A stretch of 64,000 nt of DNA from Tubulanus polymorphus (lineage: Eukaryota; Animalia; Nemertea), in the NCBI RefSeq assembly GCF_964204645.1, contig NC_134030.1:17174110-17238109 (forward strand), written 5' to 3'. The translations under genes and the position numbers were made by a program. Of this stretch, positions 14,470-27,699 are shown piece after piece (within the stretch, counting starts at the first letter, position 1; each line of letters starts with the position of its first letter). A model generated the notes under the pieces. That model was not told where the DNA came from. It made no database searches and saw only the letters and a list, made by a program, of their open reading frames with translations.

Positions 14470-14979
14470 CAGTATTAATTATTTTAATTATTGTACAGCT
14501 GGATCTTACTTTTGGAAAAGTTTATGGCAATGTTTGCTAAAAAATAAAAATTGAATTAATAAGATTCACTTGAAAGTTGCTGTCTTATTGTTATTTTTCA
14601 GGCAATCGTGGTGTGGAATGACTGAAGAACGTTTAAGAGTGCTGGGGCATCCCTTCAAACGGGACAAACAAAATCTGTTCCCCACTGTTCTTGATCTGAT
14701 CAATATACGTTCTTCAGATGCTCTATATCACTGCTCAGATAGTTGTTCTCATTTGTTTGTTTTATCAATTCTTCAGTCGTTTCGAAAGTGGTACAAAATG
14801 AACGATCTCTTTTTGCATTCCAATCATGTTCTTTGATTTTAGAATGCAAAAAGTGATTCAAAGCGGTGATGGTGAGCTCGTTGTTAATTGGCAACCAACT
14901 TCCTTAGAAAGCGTATCAAATATAATCTTTTGTTAATACTGCAAAGGTCTATTTCAAAATAACTCTTTATGGAAACACA

Positions 14980-16335
14980 TGATGGCGTGTCTCCTCAAGC
15001 CAGCAGCAAAGGAGCCATCCGCAGACTTCGTTAGATGTGGTCGACTTATGGCCATGCCATTCTTGAGATATGATGATCAACAGAATGCTGCATTGAACAA
15101 TGTCTTTGCTGTGAAGGAAACAGTTGCCAACCCCTGGCATCGCAGAAGCTATCAAAGATGATGTCCTAATTCGAGAGTTTGCACTTTCCATGTTTGGAAG
15201 ACTAGGTACTTCAGAAGAACAGAGATTGAAAGATCTTACAAATGTCAGAACGAAAGTTCGTTTGATTGGCCAATAAATCAAACTGAATGAAGATGGAGGA
15301 TCGAAACACAATTTAAACTCCTACATAACAGGAAAGGGATTCAATGCTGTCATCAAAGCAGTCAAATTACACTTTTGTATTGTACTTTCGGAAGAAAGTG
15401 ACTCCCACAATTAGCAGTCCAATGAGGAAGCTATATTAAGCATGCAATAATTCTAAAGATTAGCTGCTCCGAAATTCAAATGGCAGAAAGGAATTAGAGT
15501 ATTTGTATCGTGGGCATTGGAATAATATGGTGTCGTGTGTGGCAAAAAGGAGGAAACGACTTTGAAAGATTCCCAAGAAATCTATAACGCCACTAACAGA
15601 TGATCTTGTCACATTGACAAATTGGAGTATTGAGAAAATTATTGAAGGACAAAACAACCTTGATCCAGGCAAAAAAGAATGGACATTAATGGCGCGAATG
15701 ATATTGGTGAGAATCGTCATGTTCAATTAATGACTTGTTACTGAAATCAAAACTCATGAGTTTGTTGAATGTCAACAGACTAAAATTCTAAATGAACGAT
15801 TTTTCAACAAACAAGTGAACCTTCCATCACCAAGAGATGTCACAAATTTGTCAGATTATCTGACAAATGAGTTAGAGAACTTGGACCTCAGTTCTCACAG
15901 CTGTGAAAACTTCAGAGTTGTTGCGGAGATAGCAGAAGCTCCTTTATTAGTGTATAACAAACGAAGATCAGGTGAATTAGAGGCCATGAATGTTCTATCA
16001 GAAAAAAATACCTTGACCATGTGGAAATTGGCATAAGAAAAGAAATGACAGATTTTGAAAGAAAATTGGCCGAGTCTCAAGAACTGATAGAGAACAGAGG
16101 AAAATTATCTCACAACATACCTGTTCTGGTCCCTTACGATTGCCAAGATTCGCTATCATATTTATGCAATTCTCAAGTCAGGGAAAGTTGTGGTATAAGA
16201 GAAACAAACCCTTATCTGTTCGATAATGGCACTATTGGCGTTGTACATGCATATGATAGCCTTATAAATGCCAATCTGGACATCCTGACCGGATTACTTC
16301 AACAAACCTGTGGAAATACACGGCAACAATAATGA
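14980..16335 (+). pseudogene. Tyrosine-recombinase-like (phage integrase fold) relic of the animal type often fused to SET domains
   Basis: IKDDVLIREF...NVRTKVRLIG; LLVYNKRRSGELEAM; RGKL...IPVLVP; R..CGIRETNPYLF; after a frameshift HPDRITSTNL(W)KYTAT. Truncated before the H/Y catalytic end. Confidence 0.6.
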
Positions 16336-16994
16336 ATTGTCATTGTGGCGAAAATGGACCGTGTTCAACATCTCCGCTTCGTTTTCGTTACATCTCATCC
16401 TTTCCTCCGATATCTCCAGGTGGGGCGATTTCATATGTATAAATACGTTTTGTAGTGTTTAAATTTGTATCGTGTAATACTGTAAAATTTTTCGGGCGTC
16501 TCGTTATGGTCTATCGCGTTCGGGTTGGGGGTTTTGGTCGGTTTCTGTCGGGAAATAGCACAATCACATCTTTTTATTCGGCTTTTATCATAAATTCGCG
16601 CTATGACGTTCTGGTTACTTACCTGTAGTCTATTCCTTTGTATTCGCTTTTCAATTTTAAACTGCTGTTGTGTGGTGTCATAATCCCACTTTTATCATAT
16701 TTCCGTAGTTTGATTTGTTTTCATCGGTTCCTCGCTCGGCGAGTTGAGCCTTGTCGCACCGCTAGGCGGCTCACTATTATTGCGCGCGGATATCAAACTC
16801 GGGTTTGATTTTCAAATTCCGCTTTTATCCTTTCAAACCTATTCTTTTGGTATTTTTATAGCGTGTATTGATAATATTTTATCTCTGGGAGTATTAATCT
16901 TCCTGTATAACTATTCTATTCGCGTTCTATTTAGCGGGTTGGATATGGTCATCTTGTCCAACCCGAAGGAAGAGATATATTCACTTTTCGATCG

Positions 16995-17080
16995 TCTGGC
17001 CAAGTTTGATGTAACCGAGTTTGATTTTGTCTGGCCGAGTTTGATTCTGGCTCAGTTTGATTTCAACCAAGTTTGATTTT
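16995..17080. repeat. Short tandem ~16-20 bp repeats (cc[a/g]agtttgattt), probably the subterminal repeats of a DNA-transposon end
   Basis: Five copies of (c)c(a/g)agtttgat(t). Confidence 0.6.
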
Positions 17081-19902
17081 TTCGGTCTCCTAGTGTAGCG
17101 AAATCTACCGACCGATAGCGTCACTACGATGGACAGTCATTATCAATTTTGTTTAGTTTAGTCAAGCCGACTTTTGTACATACGTAAAACTATTTGCCGG
17201 GCCTATCGATCGTCACATCATTTTCAGCTACGACTGTATTGATTCACTATCGGTCGGGCGATTTCGCTGCGATTGTATATAAAATGTATATATTTCTACA
17301 TTTAATCGCGATTGAATGATTTGAGATCGTCGCTATAATTTTCAAATCATCTCTCACCGTGCGCCCGAATAAGGTGATTTTGACGTAATTTCGTGACTTC
17401 GTGTAATTTGATGTTCCTGACGCGAGACCGTTCCGAGACGCGCCCAAGGTGTAAATTTTATCAACTGGAGAAACCGATTAAATTCAGGAGTTCAACTCTT
17501 GACATGATTAATTTTATACAAGTCTTACATTTTCGTCTTTTCTGAACGAGGAGAGGAGTTCCACCGCTATTTTCTGTCTCAGTGCCAATTATTATTATTC
17601 GTCTTAACGAGAGGACCAGTTCGATCAGGGACATATCGGCAGTAGTTAGATGAAGACCATCAATCGAAGATTCGAACCCTCAATTTTTTTATCGACTGAC
17701 GGCCCTAATCCGGGGGTAGTCATGACAATGTGTCATACGTGAGAGAACGATAGATGTTGGGAGAACTAGGTTCGAACCCGTGCGAAATCCTGGCCAGGTA
17801 GTCGCCTACGAGGACGCCGAGCCCCGATCATGGAATGAGAAGACTGAATATTTTTTTTTAAATTTGATTATAATTTCGACAAGAACTGATATCTTTTCCC
17901 TGAGGAGGAATTACTTCCCCCAATATTTTCGTATAATCCGATTATATTGTCTCAGGGCGAACCCTAGTAGCAAACGCCTATTTCATTTATTATATACATA
18001 AACACATAAAGATACGCTACCCAGGAGAGAAACGCTACATCATCTAGGGCTACAAGCAAAGTCCATAAGAATTATTATCGCGCGATGTCTCACAGCATTG
18101 AGAAGGTCGACGTAGCTGAACTGTTATTAGCCCAAGAGCTAGGTGTAACTGAACAGTTCAAAGGGAAATCTCTGTGCGACATTCAGTATGAAGATGAGTA
18201 CAGCATGTTAGAAGTCGTTATTATTTTTGGGAAAGATAAATGTATGATTTTGTGATTTAGAAAGTGTATCGTTAATGGTACAGCAGTGACCAAGGTTTTC
18301 ACAGGATCAGATGATAAAAGCCCACATTAAACTTTCCAAAAAAAATTTCGTGATGTAGACCTATTATATCTAAACAAACAAAATTTCCAACCAACAAATT
18401 ACCTGCTGATGATTCAAGTCCCTGCTGCTGTCTTCACCATTTAGTGGTACGAGGCATATCACTATCAGATGTATTCACATCTACATTTCCATTGTCATGG
18501 GGTTCTAGGTAACGTTTATAGGCCTACATTGCACGGTAGATCAGATTCCAAACACTTCGAACAAAATATTTTTAATTGTTGAATTTAACCTCATACTCGG
18601 GACTCGGTCCGGGAAATTTCGACCGGCCTATCACTCCTCCAAGACGACTTAAGTCTGGTTCTTTCTACGTTGAATAAAATTAAGCACAACCTGCCTTTTG
18701 ATTGTTAACGATAGTTAATTCCAGAAACTATAATAGACTAATGAATGACTTCAAACCTACCAAGACAAAGGTATTTGTCTCAACCGCTTTGACTGGCTCG
18801 ATAAACAAAGCAGATGTAAGCGGTAATCGTTGGATACGGACGAGTATAACTAAATCACGTAACTGAACTTTGTGCTATCCAAGTTGTTTCCACGTGTCCT
18901 TTTATGTTCTACGTACTAGAATTCGGTTCCGGAGAAATTCCACAAAAACAAATTTCAAGTACTTTTACATCTTTATATTTATATTAATGAATTGAATTGG
19001 AATTGAATTGTTCTCACTCACACGCGTGTGGCTTCCTTTCACGCAGACAAAGATACCATCAAAGCGTTCGCACTAAACCGATAAATTCATTGTTATACAA
19101 CACAATGGCTTCATTTCATCTGCGATATGCTCTATTCGATTTCGTCAATAAATGCTGTGTCGAAATTGGTGAAACCCGCTCAATAGTTAACTTCAAAGAA
19201 ATTAAAGACGATATTGGCTCCAATTGGCCAATTCATCGAGAGGTCAGCGTCGAATGGAAAAAGGGGAAAACAGCGGGATGTTTAAAGCCAAAATATTACA
19301 ATTTTCGGGTGAGTTCTAAGAAATGAAATGATAGTGGTATTTTTTTAACATAAAAAGGCACATTTTAACCCTATTCAATTAAATTAAAACTTTATTGATC
19401 TTCGTTCACATAAGATTATAATTTAAGTCAAGAGTAGAGTGAACATATTGTGTAAGTCGGTTACGATGTGTGAATACATAATATAGTCATATCTGTGGCT
19501 TCAATTTTAGTTTTGACCCTCCTTAGCAATTTACTTCTCCAAATTTTCAAATCTTCGAATTACATAGGGACATACCTTGTAACACAAACTGAAAACTATA
19601 TGTCATTTCTTTCTACACAGATAATCACTATTGCAACGAGCAAACAACCTGTTATAACAGCACAAATACAAAGTATAATGGCCTATCGTTCAACACATGT
19701 TGCACCGGTTTTTTTCTTTCAAATAAATTAACTTGATCTTGAAGTTATCCCTCCAAACCTCCAAATTATGTAGTATCTTGGTAAAAGGAGAACAATTTAT
19801 TATGTCCGACCTTTTATTGTCCGTATTCGTTTATACACATATTCTTTGACTAGACAACAAAATTTATCAAAACCAATGATGTTGAGATAATGTGAACCCT
19901 CG

Positions 19903-21367
19903 TTTTATAGAAAATGGATTATCAAGAACCACCCTGACAAAAACAAACATATAGATGCAACCGCTGAGAACTTTATAAAAAACTTCTCAAACCTATTCCG
20001 AAATCTTAATGGACAAGTATGTATATATTCTAAAGTAATATCATTGTCGTGACCTTAGTGGAAAAGTATATATACATTCACTATTCCTAGTTTTCAAATC
20101 TTTGTCGTGATCATTCGTTGATTTCAGGATGACTTAGCCTCAATAACCTGGAATACAATAATACAGATTGAATATGAACTCGGCAATATCAGCAAAGCAA
20201 CATGTCTAAAGTCTGTAAGCAGCAAATGGTTATTTCATTTAAAGAAAACTCTGTCATCGACATCGTATCAACTCGACCCAGACAATGAAGCATATAACTT
20301 TCCTTGCGAATATGTGAATGCGTTTCCTTTACTCGAATATGATGTAAAAGAAGAAATAGTACTTCGCTGTAAAAATCTATGCCAACGGTAAATTGATCTT
20401 CATTTTCTATCATGATAATTCATTATGGGAACATGTAATCAAATCTGTGCTTTTTCAGCCATTCAACTTTCTTCGAGCGAATTCCCGCCTTTGACTGTCC
20501 CAAATGTGAAAATGAAGAAATGATCAGTTTCTATTACGACTCCAATCTACCTGACTTAAGTGAACACAATATTTCAATTGGTTAGTAGGGCTTTACTTAA
20601 TCGTGAGATCTCATGTAATGCAGGCTACATGAATAAGTAGTTCAGGGCAGGAATTTCACAATTCTCTAACCTTTTCAGATACCGCCTCTCCCTCTAGCGA
20701 ATCAAATTATGAAATTAGGAATTATGAAAGTGATACTGGTGTAAAAGACAGCGATGAGAGAAGAAATGAAGATAGTGAAAATGAGAATGACGGAATATAT
20801 ACAAGCATTGAGAAAATAAACGGTCACGACGAATCGGAAGGAGACTGCCTCGTCGAATCGGAAGGAACAGGACACGACGAATCAGAAGGAGACTGCCTCG
20901 TCGAATTGGAAGGAAACGGAGACGACGAATCGGAAGGAGACTGCCTCGTCGAATGGAAAGGAGACAGACATGACGAATCGGAAGGAGACGGCCTCAACGA
21001 ATCGGAAAGAGACGGACACAACGAATCGGAAGGAAACGGACACGACGAATTGGAAGGAAATGGACACGACGAATCGGAAAAGGAAATAAACGGAGAATAT
21101 AATGATGATACAGAATTTATGAAATATGCTTATTGCAAAAGTCTAAGCGCATTGGATATCTTAGTTTGTAACGGTAAAGGTGATTTTCACTGTGCTGTGT
21201 GTAGCCAATCATTTAAATACAAGTCCAAATGTTTAAGACATTGTCAGGGGCATTTAAGGCGGGCTGTTGTAAACCGGAAGCATTTCGTTTTCATCTGCAA
21301 TTGCAGACATAGCAAGTCAGGCCATTTCCACTGCCCTTGGTTTCCAGTTGAAACCAAGGAACTATAA
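19903..21367 (+). pseudogene. Multi-exon gene or pseudogene: J-domain-like HPDK motif, CxxC, acidic 7-aa repeats, C2H2 and CxC-HxHC zinc fingers
   Basis: Phase-compatible GT-AG exons ..20016, 20128-20387, 20459-20580 and 20679-21367 give one open frame: FYRKWIIKNHPDKNK...AFDCPKC...(HDESEGD)n...CAVCSQSFKYKSKCLRHCQGH...CNCRHSKSGHFHCPW. Stops after 21367; further exon-like blocks at ~21497-21582 and 21659-21759. Confidence 0.6.
20822..21080 (+). repeat. Coding 21-bp minisatellite (cacgacgaatcggaaggagac variants), about 12 units
   Basis: Direct inspection; translates as HDESEG(D/N)G and LVESEG repeats. Confidence 0.9.
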
Positions 21368-22734
21368 TGCAAGTGAATACCTGATCCCTGAGTCTGAAGC
21401 ATACAGGCATCTTCAGGTAGGCGTCCTTTAATATACGTTCATCTAAAGTAATGCATAATCTGAGCTTATAATAATATTGTTCATAAACTATTCTAGGCAT
21501 CTTTTTGACTTTTGCTGTGGCGTCAGTACCGGATATGATATCCGTTAGGAACATTGGACACCTTAATGAAATTATTGAAAAGGTAAATATCACTTCAATG
21601 TATCGCACCGCAATCAATCACTGGCTCTGAGTACAATTGACTTTAAATCGTATTTTAGGTGAGAAATTGTTGCCCAGGATTACTGATAGATGAAAATGAG
21701 TTAAAAAAAAGAATCGGCTCACGTCTTTATCATAAAAGGAATAAGGATGTTCGATCTTGGTGCGTATTCAGCAATTTTTGAATAACATGTGTAGAAAATA
21801 GAGAAAATAATTCATCATTTAATTGAAGGAAAACCATAAATTACAAAGCAAATCTAATGGAAGTATTTAGTGCGGATCTAGGGTCTAAATGTTGGGGGTG
21901 CAGGGAAAAACGGGCACCTCCAATGGCTAATTGGCCAGAAGGGTACCATCACGCGGGGCGCATGTGAGCATAGCATGTGCGAAGCAAAAATGGGGGGCCT
22001 AGGCTGAAAACTTTGGATTCTCAATGGAAGTTTAGTGCATACTGAGTACTTCTGAGGATATTTTACTTGGAATCTGTAAAAAAATGGATAAGTTAAAATT
22101 TAAGGAATTTTTTAAGGCCCTTGAATTTTAGGGATGTGAACCGATGAAATCTGAAATCATGTATTATTTATTAGGTTAGGGGATAAATACATCAAATGGC
22201 CGCATAGACGATCACATATGAAAAATCTTGATGCACTCCCCCATCGAAACAGCAGGGGGAGGAAACTAATTCCGAAACCAATAACCGTAATAGGTAAGGT
22301 AATCATTTCCATTTTAATATGTAATGCATCAAACCGAACTTAACAGATCATGTCTATATGAAATTTAAAGGGGTGTAGGTTGATAATATTTGGTAAGTTG
22401 AGTAGAATTCAGAAATGATTTCGTGCCGATACAATTGTTTAGATAAAATTTGGAACATTTAAGTTTGGATGTTTTCCCAACGAATAAAAGAAGAAATGTC
22501 CAAAACCTGTAAGACGGGTCAAGTTCCATGTGCTTATAACTTACTAGCAAAGAACCCGCCCAACGACCGTCTTATTGAGTGGAGAGAAATAGATCATGTT
22601 CTATTTCTCCAACTAGTCGAGACGAGAGTTGTGTCAAGGAAAATCGAGCAATTTTTTTCGATCACATACATGACTCAGCTTGCTCAATGTCAGTTGCTGG
22701 ATTCCTCGACAAAAAATAGTGTGTGTGAACCTAA

Positions 22735-23447
22735 CGGCTGGCTTATGTCGACAAGCAACACGACGCCTACGGATGCTGGCAACCCGACGCCTACCAACTT
22801 GTCGCAAGCCGTATCCGGCTAGTTGCCCATGTTCTACTCCGGCCTACGGTAGGTGGACAGTTGCTTTCGATCGCAACCGACATAAGCTCATCTGCGACGC
22901 GACGGAACTGAGCGCAAGGGTTCCAGCCAATAAGAGACTGCATATACATAGTACAAGTTATGACCGCTAGTTAGCGTCATTCGTAATTAGTTATAAACCT
23001 TCAAATTCAAGTACTTCGAAACATTAACCAAAGTTTCAGCACAGCAGATGACTGGACTGAAGATCTAGAAGCGAAATTGGTAGAATTATGGTGTGAGCGG
23101 CCATCTTTATATGATGTCGCTAGCTCATTGTATTCAACACAGAATCAGAAAGATAAAGATCTTAAAGAAATAGCTTTTCTTATAGAAATGTATTTCCCAA
23201 AAATTCAAAATAAATCAAATTTATTCTCAAATGTTTATCACGTGACCATCTGAGCCATTGCAGTTGCCAGTAATCGTAACCAACATAAGCAGGGAAGCAA
23301 CTGGAGGATCTTGTATCCCGATAGTCGGCCTCAGTTGCTGCGAATCGGAGCGCAGTCGACATAAGCTGGGCTGCGATCGCGGTAGCTCTCAGTTGCGTCG
23401 GTAGGAGTCAGTAGCCGTTGCGTTGCTTGTCGACGTAAGCCAGCCTT
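22735..23447 (+). mobile_element. Non-autonomous PIF/Harbinger element carrying a MADF/Myb-SANT fragment
   Basis: TIRs ggctggcttatgtcgacaagcaac / gttgcttgtcgacgtaagccagcc flanked by TAA. Internal frame 23041-23190 reads DWTEDLEAKLVELWCERPSLYDVASSLYSTQNQKDKDLKEIA. Confidence 0.8.
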
Positions 23448-24825
23448 AAAAGTTGAACTTAAGAAGAAACCCTGTGTCCCTGTAGTAAAGCACAATATAC
23501 TGTAACCTTAGGAGTAATCACTGACTGATTACTTCAATCTATAACCAACTAACAGCTGATGCTCATAGTGTGTTGTTTAGAACAGCGCGAAGTGACATCT
23601 TGCAGCACGTCCAAATGGTCCAGAACTAAAGATAATTGACAATTTTTAAAAGATTTTCTCCTTTTTACACTAAACGATAGATAATAGTATAAAATAAGGC
23701 TAGGTGATTTCAGAAATGGAAAAATCTTTTCAATCTAGTCAGAATCGATGATTTTGATGTTCGCGCACCTGTTCAGTGTATACATTGCGTCTGCTGCACG
23801 CGTGGTACTGTGTCTATTAATAGAACTACGTCACCAAAGGGACGGCTCGGAAATGATGTCTATAGAAATGAATAGGAAATAAGCTACAAGAGTTATTCAA
23901 CTTAATTTTATACTTACATGGCATTGGAATTCAGACAAAATGCCTCTTGATTTTGAAAGTCTACACATCAATGATTATAATTAGCTGTTGAACGGACCAC
24001 ATCCGTTCAAAAACTAAGCGCAAAAAATGGGATTTGAATAGCAATCCATGGCATTTAATAGTAGACAACAAGCATAGTGTACTTTAATAGCTTCATAGCA
24101 AGGGATTGAAATCTGCATCTTCAATTTGATCAATTTAGCCTATTCAAATTACTCATTGATTCTTTGAAATAGGTTTATGCAATAGACAATAGATTCTTCT
24201 ACCTCCTTGGCCAGTTTCAAAGCTTCAAAACAATCTGGCTTTGAGATACAACAGAAAATACACGCAGTTTCCTCAAAATTCAACGCATTTCTATAGATGC
24301 TATTTCTCAGCTGCCCCGTTAATGTTGTTGCAGCTTGCACCTGCTGGTTCAGCCGATGCTGAGCAGTAAGCAATGTAAACAACGAAATGAGGTCAAAAAT
24401 CATGTTACAAAATCACAAATTGCAACTAAACATTTTTGAACACAACGGTTGAAGATGAGTTTATAGATCAATAGAATACATCATATTTTGAAATAAAAAA
24501 AGTGTCAATTACCCTTCATTAAACATTATCGTATTGGCTTGAAATCGAAATTAAAGCATTCTTACGGCTAGCATCTTTATATGTTACCAAAATCGTGTGA
24601 CAATGATTCACCATTAGCCTCGAAATTCACAGAAACCCCTCAAACGTAGTATAGATTCTTGTACATGTAGCTCAAGCTGTCCCTTTCATATTTCAATGGT
24701 AAATACTTTTCTCGTATATTTGAACACAGAAAGAGTTAGACACTCTTAGAAATTCTTGATACTGATGAAATTGCAGAAACATGTTGTCTTATGAAAAGTG
24801 TAAAATAACAAAGAGTGCTAACATT

Positions 24826-25053
24826 GAATCAATTGAAGATCACAATATACGTGATAAAACGATATGAATAAAATCCCGCAATAAATTAATTAATGATAAA
24901 ATGTTTATTTTAAAAACATATGAGAAACGTTTATTTGGCATGTCATTTTAGACTGAAGAGGGGTGGTAGAAACCACCCGAAATATTTCTCATATGTTTTT
25001 AAAATAAACATTTTATCATTAATTAATTTATTGTGGGATTTTATTCATTTCAT
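24826..25053. mobile_element. Short palindromic Penelope-type insertion with a hammerhead-like core in the loop
   Basis: 64-bp inverted arms 24864-24927 / 24985-25048 (one mismatch). Loop CTGAAGA-g-GGGTGG-tagaaa-CCACCC-GAAA. Flanked by ag(t/c)gctaacatt at 24814-24825 and 25054-25065. Confidence 0.7.
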
Positions 25054-26072
25054 AGCGCTAACATTATGTCGTTTGATATTGTGTAATAGCACTGAATGAA
25101 TGATGCAAATAGTAAATGAGCAAAAGTTTTTTGATCAAAGTTGATTATCTACTCTTGTTGGACGCGGGGCTACGAGGGACGGTACAGCTGTGGTGATGGA
25201 TCATTTGTGTAGCTGCTATCTGACAGCTCACATGCACAGCTGCTCTTTGATGTGGTCGAAAAGCTGCCCTTTAACTCGGATGGCAGACCCATGTTACTGC
25301 CTGCTTGGGAATATTTTCCTTCGGTTTAAATCTACACATTTTACAAATCGAATGCAATCACCAAATTGCTGCTGAGTAACAATGTTTTAGCGGTAACTTT
25401 TACTTATCATAGGAATTATTTCTTCAATTCAGACATACATTTATTTCTGACGAATGAAAGAAACGTTAAATTCTTTGCTATTCATCACATTCATGGGGAA
25501 CAACAAGGATGTAGTCAATTCAGAAGGACATTGGATATTTTGCAAATAATGATACAGATAGTAGGCCCTAAAAGAAAACCATGAAAATATTGTTTTTTTA
25601 GATATGAAGAGGTGCAAGTTTTAATTGATGGAGAGAGGGTTGGAAAGGGATACCTCATGATCGGAAATGATACAGGTATGTGAATACATCACGTATTTGT
25701 GATTGTTGTAAACACAATGATAACATGTCTTTTATTTGATGCATTTTATTTGTTTTTTTAGATGAATTCGCGATAGTGAGCGTGCTATCTAGAACTGCGA
25801 AAATGAAAAAATATGACCAGAAGCAGTTGTTCAGTGATGATGATAGGATGATACATCGTACATTTTCAAATATTCAAGTGAGTTAATTTGTAAATTATTT
25901 TGCCTGTGCCAATAAGCGTAAGTCGAAAAATTAATTAACAACTCGGTTTAACACTCACAAATTGTTCATCATAGGCTGGATGTGTCATATCGTGGCCTAG
26001 ACAACAGTTGGGCCGATGTCAACTGCAAATGGCCCGCCGCAGACAAATGCCAGCAGAAAACAGAGTACCCGC

Positions 26073-26278
26073 TGAGGTGCGAGAGACAGAGGAGCGAGAG
26101 ATGGAGGTGCTGGAGACGTAGGTGCAGGAGACGGAGGTGCGGGAGACAGATGTTGGGGAGACGGAGGTTTGGGAGACGGAGGTGCGGGAGATGGAGGAGC
26201 TGGAGACGGAGGAGCGGGAGGAGGTGCGGGAGACGGAGGGGTGGGAGACGAAGGTGTGGGAGACGGAGGTACGGGACA
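26073..26278 (+). repeat. 15-bp minisatellite (gaggtgcgggagacg, encoding EVRET)
   Basis: About 13 diverged copies. Confidence 0.9.
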
Positions 26279-26325
26279 CTAGGCTTGAAGCTCCCATACA
26301 AAAAATAAATTCAGGTATTACATAT

Positions 26326-26327
<2 letters not shown>

Positions 26328-26393
<66 letters not shown>
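26328..26393 (+). repeat. (GAT)n microsatellite, about 22 units
   Basis: Direct inspection. Confidence 0.97.
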
Positions 26394-27699
26394 AAGGAAG
26401 AAGAGGTGATACTGCCTGTTAAAAGACGCCGAAAAGCGAAAAAATATCTACTCTAAATCTGTAAAAAGCTGTTATCATTCTTGTATTTAAAACTTACTTA
26501 TACTTTCATACTCATACTATACTTAAGGCACTTTACCGGTACTATACATACAATTTCTGCCTGTATCAATTTTATATATCTATACAACACCTGTTATATG
26601 ATTTCAATGTAAATAAAGAATATCAATTATTATCTAAGAAAATCTCCTCATCCCTCAATAAATTCTCATGAAAATTTCATATTTCAAATTTGTCGTATAT
26701 AAAACTTTTCTAATCTGAGCGGAGCTGAGAATCCTTCGATGTCAATAGAAACTACGCCTTACCTGTACTATATTCCCCAAGGCACGTGCCTCGCAGGCGG
26801 ACCCTTGCAGCGATGATTTCGTAATTGCCACGCGACGTAATTTCTACGTAGCACTACGAAAACATAAACAATGCGGATTGCACTTTATTCCCAGTTCTCC
26901 AGATCGACTCTGTGGGCGAATATTCGTATAATTCTGTTCTTGGGCAGAGGAGACCGATCCTTCAGTAGCAACTAGTTTCCACAGCGCAAGTAGGCATTGG
27001 TTACAGATATGACTGGCCCTGTAAGATGTTGCCGTGAGTTTGGGTTTTAATACGTCCCTGTATCTCAGTTGAACAAATGAATCTTTGAAATTAAAACTTT
27101 CCCGTATCTATCACCATGAATATGTGAAATGATGATACTATAGATTTGTATGTGGGTAATTACACAGTGGATGGTAAAACTGTATTTCTTAAAGAAATGA
27201 ACGGATGCTAAAATTGTATTTCTAGAAAACTTTCAAAGAAGTAATGGGCACATCGATATCATACAACACAGCATAATTAAAAGTGACGGTTCATCTTAAC
27301 ACTCAATATGCCGTTTGCAGGAAATAGTATTCCATTTGAAAGTATTACTGATACAGATCTACTACAGTCAAATGGAATATCGTGTAGAGCAAACCGCATA
27401 TATGCGTTGATCCATCACTGTCAGAACGTGATTACACTGAAACTATTCCATTTGAATGGTCACATATTCCATTTGCCTGTTCCACCCAATTGGAATAATT
27501 TCTAAAAATCCAAAGAGGATTCTTGGAATCGAGATAGATAAACCATGGAGAAGAGGAGGGTACACAACTTACATGCCATCAGTAAGCAGTTGGTTGAGAA
27601 TTGAAAATGATAAATCTTACCAGGACACAGAATTAGTTAAGGAAGTTCAAGAAAAATGCAACCCATGAAATATCGGAGTTGAAACATAATTCTCAGCTC

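Larger units (their letters stand above)
25602..26456 (+). pseudogene. 3' exons of a spliced gene with an acidic repeat tail, possibly a CACTA accessory (TnpA-like) C-terminal domain
   Basis: Phase-compatible exons 25602-25675, 25762-25877 and 25975-: [45 protein letters not shown]. In-frame TAG near 26119 and a frameshift before the poly-Asp. Confidence 0.45.

Noticed and set aside
18997-19326. Possible transposon accessory-protein exon (YALFDF...VEWKK)
   Set aside because: Plausible, but no diagnostic motif or linked exons could be established.
25969-26409. Arg-rich, Leu/Pro-rich and poly-Met ORFs
   Set aside because: Alternative-frame translations of a 15-bp minisatellite and a (GAT)n tract.
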